Below are positions 1 to 9,412 of a stretch of 41,622 nucleotides of DNA, piece by piece (positions within the stretch are counted from its first letter, which is position 1; the number at the start of each line of letters is the position of its first letter). Both the position numbers and the translations under genes were made by a program. This DNA is from Rhizaria sp. SCN 62-66 (taxonomy: Eukaryota): positions 1 through 41,622 of the forward strand of contig MEDY01000277.1 of assembly GCA_001724265.1 (NCBI GenBank), in the 5' to 3' direction. Below the pieces are notes generated by a model, which saw only the letters and a program-made list of their open reading frames with translations, made no database searches and had not been told where the DNA came from.

Positions 1-1
1 G

Positions 2-3000
2 GGTCGCGGCGGCCGCGGTGGACACGGCAGCTACAGCGCGGCCAACACGCGCGTGTTCGCAGAGCACGAGCTGGGCGAGCTACACAGCGCCGAGGTCCGC
101 TGGGACCCGCTCGGCCAGGCCAAGAAGCGCCGCGCGGCCGCCGTCGCCGCCGCCGCCGCCGCGAAGCTGGTCGCCCAGACTGACGACTCGGCGGCAGCCG
201 CGGTGCTGGAGCTGACAGCGGCCGAAGTCGAGGCCGCCGAGGTGGAGGCGATGGGCGAGATCGTGCGTGACCTTGTGCTGCTGCTGAACAAGCTCGCGCG
301 GGGCAACTTCGACTCGCTGGCGCCGCAGACGCTGGCCGTGGCGAGCCGCATCCGCTCGCTGCGCTGTCTGCGCGGCGTCGTGCGCGTGCTTTTCGAGAAG
401 GCCATCGCCGAGCAGGCCTTCTCGGATCTTTACGCGAAGCTCTGCGCATACCTAAACACGCACTCGGACGGCGTTGTGAATGCTGCCGACGCGAGCGCGA
501 ACGCAAGCGGAAGCCTTGCCAGCAACACAAGCGGCAGCAGCGGCAGCAGCAGCAGTACCAGTACCACGACCTCGCCGACGATCACATCGTCCAACTCCGC
601 GAACGGCAAGAGCGCTGCGAGTCCGCACCGCATCGCGTGCTACGATGACACGGATGGCATGGACCGCCTTATTGCCCGCGCGCGCGCCCGCGGCTCGCGC
701 CGGACGCCGAACCCGCCGCCGCCGCTGACATTCCTGCGCTGCCTGCTGGACGAGACATACAAGCAGCTCGTCGGCGAGCCCACCAGTACGCTGCCCGCGG
801 GCGTGCCGCTGGCTTTCGCACCGCCCGCCGACGGCGAGAGCGCCGAGGAACAGGCCGACCGCCTGCGCAAACGCGTGCGCGGCGCGATCCAGTTCGTCGG
901 CGCGCTCTTCAAGCACGAGCTCGTGCCCGCGCACGTCATCTACTTCTGCGCCAACATGCTCCTCACAGATCCCCACGCTCAGCAGCAGCAACACGGTCAC
1001 AGCGGCGACAGCAGCGCCTCTGCGCTGCCCGCGCTCCCTGTCGCTACTGCGACCGTGAGCGCCGGCGCCGCCGCCCGCCGCGCGGCCGCGCGCCAGGAGG
1101 AGATCGGCCAGGCCGTGACGCTACTGACCACGGTCGGCCCCGCGCTCGACGCCGCCGTCGCCAAGGCCTCGGCCAAGCGCTCCGCGCGCGCCGCCTCGCG
1201 CGCCGCCTCGCGCATCGGCTCGCCCGCGCTGCGCCCCGGCGCCGCCAGCGCCGCAGCCCACGGCCACCTTGCCGGCGCCGCGCACCAGGGCGTCTCGGCG
1301 GGCCGCTACGGCGGCGGCTTCGTGGCTGCCGGTGCCGGTGCCGCTGCGAAGAGTGGCAATGGCAACGGCAACGGCGCCGTGGTCGGCGAGGGCGTGCTGA
1401 TCCTCCCGGGCTCTTTTGATGCGGGCAACGCGAACGGCGCGGCCAACGGTAGAAGCAGCAACGCCGTGCGTGTGGCTGCGACCCAGCAACAGCAGCAGCA
1501 GCAGCAGCAGCAGCAAGGCGGCCGGTCCCCAGTGACGGCGATTGCGGGCACCCTACCCCAGTCGGCCACGCTGGGTGCTAGCAACGCGACCGGCAACGGC
1601 CAGTTGGCGGGCCCTATTGTGCCCGCCGGCGTCCTGGCGAGCAGCGCCTCGCTCCCTAACGGCAACGGCAACGGCAACGGTGGCGTCATGAGTCCGGCGA
1701 GCCCGCACAACGCCAGCAACAGCGCCAACACGAGCCTGCGCGCAGGCGCGGGCGCGGGCGCGGCCGCGGGCGTGGCCGCGAGCGACGACGACGATGACGA
1801 CGCCGCCGCCTCGGCCGCGGCCGCCGCCATCGCCATCGCCATCGCCTCGGCGTCGCCCACTGCTGCGGGCGCGGGCGGCGCACTGGTCAACAGCAACAGC
1901 GGGTCCTCCTTCTTCCTCTCCGCCCGCACCCCCGCGGCCGCCACCGCCAGCGCCAACTACAACGGCGCGGCTGCGAACAACGTCAGCGCGAGCGCGAGCG
2001 TCGCGGACAGCGACAACGCGCACTACCTGCTGCCGCTGCCGGGCCTGCCCGGGCTGCCGACGCTGCCCGCCAGTGCCGCGGGCGGCGCGGTGTTCCCGTT
2101 GCCGCTGCCGCTCTCGTCGCCGCCGCGCGCGGACCACGGCGGCGTGCACAGCCCGCTCACCGGCGTCGCCGCTGCGGTCGGCGGAGTGGGCGTGGAGCTC
2201 TACGGCGCCGGCGCGGAGCTGTCCCCTGGGCTGTCGCCGCTGCTGGCGCCGCTGGAGGACCTCACGCCGTCGCCGCTTGTGCGCGCCTTTACCAGCAAGG
2301 CCGCCGGCGGCGAGCGGCCCGCTTTCGCCTCGCACCTCTCGCTCTCGGGCGAAGCCTCGCACTTGACCGATGGCTCCGCAGCAACGACCGCTGCGGCCGC
2401 GGTCTCCGTCGCCGCCGCCGCAGCGGCCCAGAATGCCGGTGGCGACGGACTGGGCTCGCTCTCCCTTTCGAACCAGAACACTGTAGCCAGCAACGCAAGC
2501 GTGCTCAGCAGTCTGAGCGGCGGCAGCTTCGGCCTCAGCTCTGGCGCGACAGCGACTGCGGCTGGGGAAATCCAGGGCATGGTCATGCCCGTGTCGGTGG
2601 GCTCGCTGCCCCCGAACACGCTGACGCCGTCGCCGTCGCTGGTGCTCGCGTCCCCGTCGGCGCTGCTGCACGCGCCGTCGTTGGGCCAGCCCTCGGCATC
2701 GTTTATCTCCTCGCTCGCGTCGCTGTCTTCGCCGGCCTCACCTAGCACCAACACGGCTGATCCGCTTGCGGGCGCCGCCGCCGACGCGCAGCCGGGTGCG
2801 TTCCCCGCCGCGGCGGGCGCGCACGGCGGCGCCGTCGGCACGGTCACGACCAAGCGGCTGCGCGGCGCCACGCTTGAGCAGATCGCCGACAGCATCGACG
2901 AGCTCTACAGCAAGCTCGAGTCCCTCAGCAACCCCCCGGCCAGCTCCGCCCCGGCCCCAGCCCCGGCTGCGGCTGCGGCTGCGGCCTCGAGTGGTAGCAC

Positions 3001-4579
3001 GATGACTGTGGTCTCCTCCAAGCTCCGCTTTGACATTAAGGACCTCCTCGCGTCGCGCAAGAGCGCCTGGCGCAACAGCGTGAACAACGTCAACAACAAC
3101 GGCATTGGCGCTGGCAACAAGCGCGCCGGCGGCGCGGCTGCGGCGAACGATGGACCCATCCAGTACGGTTCGAAGCTTCCAGGCAGCGCGCGCAACACCG
3201 CGACTGCTAATTTCAGCTCGAGTAGTTCGAGTAGCTCTAGTGCGAGCTCCAGCTCGATGTTGTTCGGCAACCAAGACGTGCGCAGCGGCGTCCCCAAAAT
3301 CACGAGCTCGACCGCGACGCAGGCTAAGAGCGCTGCGACTGCGGATGCCTCGTCGGCGTCGTCCTTCGTCAAGAGCGTGGGCCCGATCGTGGACGATGAC
3401 GGGTTTACGCTCGTCACGGGCAACAGTGGCCGCGGCCGCAAGGGTGCGTCAAGCGCAGCCACGGTCTCGCCCAGCAAGGCCGGCGGCGGCGGCGCGGGCG
3501 CTAGAGCGAAGGACGGCAAGGGCAGGAGCGAGAGAGGCAAGGCCTCCACCGCCGCCACCGCCGCCGCCACCGCGGGTGCTGTTGCGAGTAGCAAAAACAG
3601 CCCCGGCGCTGTCTCCGCCGCGGACCCCGAAAGTAGTGCGGTTGTTGCAGCTGATTCCACTGCGGACAACACTGCTGCCGCGGCGTCCGCGCCCGCCGCG
3701 CTGCCCGTCATCGTGACCATCGCGGCCGCCGACGCGTGGCTGCTGTCTTCCCCATCCGGCGCCGACGCGAGCGCCGCGGCCGCCTTCCCCGGCCCGTCGG
3801 ACGCGCTGGTGTGTTCCGCCGAGGCTGCGGCCGTGGAGCTGCTGGTCGAGACGCAGGACCTTGCCACCTTCGCGCGCACCGTCGCGGCCATCGCCGCCGC
3901 CGCGGTCGCCGAGGCCGAGGCCGAGTGCGGGGCTGACGATGAGGAAGGCCCCGAGGCCGGCGCCGCGGTCGTGGCCGACGCCGTCGCAGTGGCTGTGGGC
4001 TCCGTCTCCCGCGCCGTGGCCGCCGCGCTGCTCTCAACCGCGCTGAACCAGTGCGGCGTCGACGCGGCCGCCGCGCTCGCCGCCGCCGTGCTCGCCGCCG
4101 CCGCGCTCACGCAGGCCGTCGCCGCTGCCACAACCGCCGTGGGCAGCCTCAGCAGCGCGTATGGTGGCGTCGGCGCGGTCGCCGCGGCGGGCGCGGCGGG
4201 CGGCGTATGTGACGTGCTGCTGCTGCTCGACGACATCGCCATGGAGGCGCCGCATGCACCCGCCGCCGTCGCGCGCCTGCTCACGGTCCTCGCGGGCGCC
4301 GCGGCCGAGGGTGGTGAGGCGGACGCCGAGGCTGTGGCAGCTGCGGCGGCCGCGCTGGCCGGCGCGTTTGCCGCGAGCGCGCTGACGGCCGCGCTGACCG
4401 TCGCTGCGGGCGACCTCGACGCCGCGCTGGCCGCGATCACCGCTGGCGCTGACGGCGCTGCTGTGGCTACGTGGCTCGAGGACAAGGAGGACTGGGAGGT
4501 CGAGGCGATGAAGCTCTCGGTCAAGCGTGCTCTCAAGGCTGTCGCTGACGCCCTGGCTGCTGCGAACACCAGCGCGTAA
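2..4579 (+). CDS. EIF4G: eIF4G-like translation initiation factor (MIF4G domain plus degenerate C-terminal MA3 domain); 5' end lies outside the window
   Basis: Frame is open from base 2 (RGGRGG, then LHSAEVRWDP). MIF4G motifs: LLNKLARGNFDSL, VRVLFEKAIAEQAFSDLYAKLC, GAIQFVGALFK, LLTTVGPALD, SSKLRFDIKDLLASRKSAW. Also a DDDGFTLV motif and MA3-like LLDDIAMEAPHAP. Ends TAA 4577-4579. Confidence 0.85.
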   Translation, partial: GRGGRGGHGSYSAANTRVFAEHELGELHSAEVRWDPLGQAKKRRAAAVAAAAAAKLVAQTDDSAAAAVLELTAAEVEAAEVEAMGEIVRDLVLLLNKLARGNFDSLAPQTLAVASRIRSLRCLRGVVRVLFEKAIAEQAFSDLYAKLCAYLNTHSDGVVNAADASANASGSLASNTSGSSGSSSSTSTTTSPTITSSNSANGKSAASPHRIACYDDTDGMDRLIARARARGSRRTPNPPPPLTFLRCLLDETYKQLVGEPTSTLPAGVPLAFAPPADGESAEEQADRLRKRVRGAIQFVGALFKHELVPAHVIYFCANMLLTDPHAQQQQHGHSGDSSASALPALPVATATVSAGAAARRAAARQEEIGQAVTLLTTVGPALDAAVAKASAKRSARAASRAASRIGSPALRPGAASAAAHGHLAGAAHQGVSAGRYGGGFVAAGAGAAAKSGNGNGNGAVVGEGVLILPGSFDAGNANGAANGRSSNAVRVAATQQQQQQQQQQQGGRSPVTAIAGTLPQSATLGASNATGNGQLAGPIVPAGVLASSASLPNGNGNGNGGVMSPASPHNASNSANTSLRAGAGAGAAAGVAASDDDDDDAAASAAAAAIAIAIASASPTAAGAGGALVNSNSGSSFFLSARTPAAATASANYNGAAANNVSASASVADSDNAHYLLPLPGLPGLPTLPASAAGGAVFPLPLPLSSPPRADHGGVHSPLTGVAAAVGGVGVELYGAGAELSPGLSPLLAPLEDLTPSPLVRAFTSKAAGGERPAFASHLSLSGEASHLTDGSAATTAAAAVSVAAAAAAQNAGGDGLGSLSLSNQNTVASNASVLSSLSGGSFGLSSGATATAAGEIQGMVMPVSVGSLPPNTLTPSPSLVLASPSALLHAPSLGQPSASFISSLASLSSPASPSTNTADPLAGAAADAQPGAFPAAAGAHGGAVGTVTTKRLRGATLEQIADSIDELYSKLESLSNPPASSAPAPAPAAAAAAASSGSTMTVVSSKLRFDIKDLLASRKSAWRNSVNNVNNNGIGAGNKRAGGAAAANDGPIQYGSKLPGSARNTATANFSSSSSSSSSASSSSMLFGNQDVRSGVPKITSSTATQAKSAATADASSASSFVKSVGPIVDDDGFTLVTGNSGRGRKGASSAATVSPSKAGGGGAGARAKDGKGRSERGKASTAATAAATAGAVASSKNSPGAVSAADPESSAVVAADSTADNTAAAASAPAALPVIVTIAAADAWLLSSPSGADASAAAAFPGPSDALVCSAEAAAVELLVETQDLATFARTVAAIAAAAVAEAEAECGADDEEGPEAGAAVVADAVAVAVGSVSRAVAAALLSTALNQCGVDAAAALAAAVLAAAALTQAVAAATTAVGSLSSAYGGVGAVAAAGAAGGVCDVLLLLDDIAMEAPHAPAAVARLLTVLAGAAAEGGEADAEAVAAAAAALAGAFAASALTAALTVAAGDLDAALAAITAGADGAAVATWLEDKEDWEVEAMKLSVKRALKAVADALAAANTSA
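1484..1516 (+). repeat. (CAG/CAA) poly-Gln tract inside the eIF4G-like CDS
   Basis: cagcaacagcagcag... encoding Q11. Confidence 0.9.
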
Positions 4580-4779
4580 GCCTTGTTCGCATGCCCAAAT
4601 AGTTTATTTTAGTGGTTTTGTTTCCATGTCTGTTATTGGTCTGTACTAATTATACGTATTATTGAAATGAAAAGTGATAGCTTATTGATATTGTATTGAA
4701 AAAATACGCTTTGTGTTGAACAAATTTGGTTTTATGGCCCAAAGCTGCCAAAACGCAGTCCTTCGTTTGTGGCACCAGG

Positions 4780-4838
4780 CGACGCGGCCGCGTCGGTCAA
4801 TTGCACGCGCTTTTAGAACCCACTTCTCTCCTATAAAA
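4780..4838 (+). promoter_or_regulatory. Candidate promoter: 16-bp GC palindrome followed by a TATA-like box upstream of the phosphatase gene
   Basis: Perfect palindrome cgacgcggccgcgtcg at 4780-4795 in AT-rich intergenic DNA; tataaaa at 4832-4838. Confidence 0.25.
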
Positions 4839-5152
4839 ATCCGTTAATATCGATCTACTCACTTTATTCGTTATCTATTGAATCTCTTGTCTCTGCTCAT
4901 TAAATGACAATTTAACTCGAGATGATCATGTCCTACAAAATGTCAATTCCGTGTGACTCGCCCTGAGGTTGTTGTTCTGATGGAATGCATGGCTGTTTTC
5001 TGCCTGCCACTGAAGACAGTCGTCCCTTAATTGTCTGTGAACGATTGTTTAACATGGTGTTGTGTGTTTGCTGCGTGTATCCTTTTCTCACTTTCCTTGG
5101 TAACTCTTTCTTGCTTTGATACATGTTTTCTCCTGGTACATGCGCACAGGTC

Positions 5153-8094
5153 ATGACTGCGAAGCGCGCGCAGTCATGCATCACGCCTGCACTGAGCGTC
5201 ATCACGCTCATAGCTATCAGCATTGTCGTCACGGTATGTCCCCGTCTATATTCAATTGCATCTTGATGTTCCGGCTTCCCTTATCACGATTGTATCTTTT
5301 GTATAACTCTCGTTAAGAACGCTTGCGCCCTCTCACCTTGGTTTTCATTCCCCTTTCACGATACTATTCTTCCACGTCGGAACATTAACTCCTGACAAAT
5401 CTGCATTCATCGGATATACTTCCTTGTTTTTTTATATGGTGATATTCTCGCATCACAGCTATGGCGACAAGAAACACTATTCTACCGTTTTCTAGCTGTC
5501 CTCGGAGCCCAAGGAGTACGTCTTTCTTCCCTCCCCTCGCTCACATGATCTTCAAACTCTCGCAATGTCCGCAATCCCACCTGTCAACGTCAGTGGTGGT
5601 GCTTATTTGCATGAGCTGCGTGTCTCAATTTGCACCTTAATGCAACGTTCTTATACTGTTTGTTTTTCCACTCATCCGCTTGCTGACTCACGCTCCTCAC
5701 CCTATCACCGCCCTCGTCCCTTTGTAGGCGTTCTCGACCTTCCTTGTCGCCGTCGCAAACTACTTCCGCGCCACGGCCATCTTCGGCAAGTCTCCTAACG
5801 GCGCACTGGCGCTGCGCGCGTACATCTTCCTGTGGCCGTACATGGTGCTCTACTGCGGCATCATCTTCCTCCACCGCAATGCGCGCCAGTACGAGCCTGT
5901 GGCGTCGAAGATCTTTCCCGGGTTCTACCTCTCGGGCTGGGTCAACGACCTGCAGCACATCCGCAACGCCGGCTCCGCCCACGGCGCGCAGTTAGCCATC
6001 CTCGACCTCACGTGCGAGCTGCCGCGCATGGTCTTCCACACGCCCACAGCCGCAAACACGCTCGCGCCGGTCCAAAAGAACGACGACAATAGTAACAGCA
6101 GCCGTATGAATACCGATACGAGTGGCAGTTGCAAGACTGGGAGTCAGAAGAGTCGCTCAGGACAAAAAAATGGCGACAACACTCCGAACGGCGCTGCTGT
6201 TGCAGAGACCGACGACGAAGGCCCCGCCGACACGGTCCCGATTCTCGCCAACGCGGGAATCAACACAACTCACGCGGGCAAGAGCTCTGACGCGGACGCT
6301 GCGGCCGGCGCCGCGGACGCGCCCTTCTGGGACCGCCGGCCGGACAACAGCGCGCACGTGATCCCCCTCAAGAGCACCGACGTGACGGACCCGGCGATGT
6401 TCCGCCCGTCGCACTATCTGTGCCTGCCAACATTCGACCGGCTGTGCCCGAACCCCGAGGTGCTGCACGCGGCCGTGCTGTGGGGACTCGCGCAGCGCCA
6501 TGCGGGCCGCGATCTGGTGGTGCACTGCGCCTTCGGCCACGGGCGCTCGGCGACGGTGCTGCTGGCCGTGCTGCTGGCGGACCGGCGCGTGCGCGACGTG
6601 GCCGAGGGCGAGGCCGTGCTGCAGTCGCACCGCCCGCACGTCAAACTCACCAGCGACCAGCGCATCGTGCTCGAGTGGTGGGCCGAGCACCGGCTGCCCG
6701 CGCTGCTGGGCCGCGGCGGCCAGGGCGTCGTCGCGGCCTTCGCGGCGTTGGGGCCTGTTCCGCTCGCCGCCGCGCAGGCCATGGCCAGCAGCTACTCACA
6801 GTCTCACACTAGCACGGGCGAGGTCATCACCAAGAGCGGCAGTCACGGTCACAGCCATGGGCACGGCCACAGCAACGACGCGCGGTCGCAAGCACGCGGA
6901 CACAGCCGCAGTCGCGGTCACAACGGGCACTTGCGGTGCCACGGCGGCGACGACTTGACCCTGTGCAGCGCCGACTGCGAGCACGCGCTGGCGGAGAAGC
7001 ACGCCGATATGGCCGCCGCAGCCGCCGCAGCCGCGGTTGCGATTGCGCTGGGCGGGGGCACGCCCCAGCAGCAGCTGCTACAGCAGCAGGCGATGACCGC
7101 GGCGGCTGAGGGCACGTTGCCCGTGGTGCCGGCCACAATGCTGATGTCGGAGCCAGAGTCGCCGTCCCAGCCGCTGACGCTGTCGCTAAGTGCCGGCGAG
7201 TTCACGAAAGAGCTCGGCATGGTCTCCACCAAGCACGGCAAGACTGTTAGCGACAGTGACTCTGAGGACGGCGGCCTCAACGCCAGTCCCAGTGACGACG
7301 ACGACGATTCATGTCTGGTTCTCAACGCCACTGCGGCGACGACAGCGACGGCGTTGGCCTCCGCCACCGCGAGCGCGGGCCGCACGCGCGGCAATGGTCT
7401 CAAAACCACGACGGTCCCGACGGCATCTATCGTGCCGCAGCATCTATTGCCGCTGCCGCCGAGGTCGGGCAGCAACAGCAACCTCGCGGCCCTCGGTACC
7501 AGCGGATCTGCGACTGTTGGCGTCGACGGTGGCAGCGGCGGGATGCTGAGTCGTGGCAGCATTGTGCGCTCGCGCTCGTCTTCCTCCGCCGCCGCCATTG
7601 CGGGCCCCGCTGGCGCGAGCTCCGGCGCGGGCGCGCTCGCCAGCGGCCGCCCGCCCGCGTCCCCGGGCCTCCACGCGGCTGTGCCGTTCGCGAGCAGGCC
7701 CCCAGCGTCCCCCGGGCTCTCTTTCGCGGCGAAGCCCCCCGTGTCGCCCAGTCTGGCCCCGGCCGCGATCGGCGCGACAGCCGCGGGACTGGGCAACGTG
7801 CTCGGCGGGCTGCTAGGGCTCAACGGCGCCATCGGCGGTGCAGGCGGCGCCGGGAGCGGCGCGGGTGGCGCCAACAGCGTGACTGTGGCAGGCGGCGCGA
7901 GGACGCCGATCGGCAAGGGACGCAAGCTCGCTCCGGCTCTGACCCAGGCTAACTCGAACGCTGTGGGCGTTATCAAGACTAGCAGCAATATCAACGACAC
8001 GAGTATTCCTCGTCCGAATAACAATAGCTCTGACAACGACGCAATGTTGATGACTACTGCGATTGGGCGTCTCCGTTCGCCAAGTGTTGTCTAA
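5153..8094 (+). CDS. Membrane-anchored dual-specificity/PTP-fold phosphatase, YnbD-like; exons 5153-5233, 5459-5515, 5728-8094
   Basis: Catalytic HCX5R loop VVHCAFGHGRSATV; DLTCELPR and YLCLPTFD motifs. The N-terminal hydrophobic helices and IFGKSPNG..LWPY are typical of YnbD-like DSPs. Two GT-AG introns join in frame. Ends TAA. Confidence 0.8.
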
Positions 8095-9412
8095 GCCTCA
8101 GTCGAGGTCAAAGCTTCGGTGTCTGACCCAACAACACTGTTTGGTGATCTTTTGTAGAACCATGAAACAGTCATATTTCAACCGCTTACGCGTAACACTG
8201 AAGTGTTTGATGACGTGTGTTTGCTGAATGTCATGCTGCCTACGTGGCGTTATGATGTGTGTTGGATTCGAAAAGCTCCTGAGTTTCTAAGTTCTTTTTT
8301 TCAATCATATGTTTGTAGCTGTTTGTTGTACTATGATTTCATCGTTTGCACTGCCTGCTTGGAAACAGTGTTGGACACACTATGTTTGTTTGCTGTGCAC
8401 GTATGTTTTCGTTTCTGCTTTTGCTTGATTGTTGTTGTTTTTTACTGCTGGTGTTTCACTGGACTCACGCATCAATCCTCTTAACTTCATTATCTTTACC
8501 AAAATGGTGGGTGTCTCATGGCCACGCACGTTTGGTTCCTATACTCATCTATATCGCTTCTGCGTCTCTTTATATGATATGTTTTATATAGTTCTCTTTC
8601 CTTCCTTCTTTATACCCATTACTACACCCTAATCCAGGCACCCAACTTAGTCACGCAGGATATGATGATGCTGGGTCATTTATTTTCTGTTGATTGTCAC
8701 CTACGGCATGTTTTTTTCTCTGAACCGCTTGTTGCAAGGACTTGAAACATAAGTATAACCGCATTATCGTTTATATTAACGCGTACCTCTTTTTGTCAGC
8801 AGAGTATTTACTCCGCTCGTAAACGAGCTCCTTCACTTAATAATTCCTCTCTGTTACGAGTCATGCGTAACTTGGTACAACGCTCACCGTGCCTTTGCTG
8901 ATAAGATGCCTGTCGACGGCACGCTGACGCGTATAGTTACTGTGTACTCGGTACAACACTCCGCTCACTTCCTAGCGGCGTTTGGTGAGTGACAGTCTTT
9001 GTGTGTGGCGTCGTCGCCAACGACATGCAACTTGGCGGGGCACTAGCGACACCAGACAATACTCGAGCAAGACCTTGAAACAATGGAGATACGCGATATA
9101 TAGTATAATGTATTATCAATACACATATATTTAAAATTCAAGTTGCTATGGTCCTGTTCAAGTCGGTTACAACTTGGTTTTGTTATGAAAAGCAGCTTGT
9201 GGTCAGCTTGGCCTGGCCTATTCCGGAACAGTTCAATTGCGAGCAGTTACTGCTGATCGGAGCAGGCCATATCTCCGCGAAAGTCCGTGATATAGCAATG
9301 TTAATTTGATTGTGGGGTTTTTTGTATGTTTTATGTCATTATCTCTTTTTATTTCTTCTCAAATCTTCTTCGCCCTGTGTATCCTATAATTCCTTTAGAG
9401 CTCTTCACCCCA

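Noticed and set aside
8100-9400. Short ORFs and a small hairpin (gctcgt-aa-acgagc, about 8815-8828) in the AT-rich intergenic region
   Set aside because: No coding bias or motifs; the hairpin is too short to distinguish from chance; no ncRNA recognised
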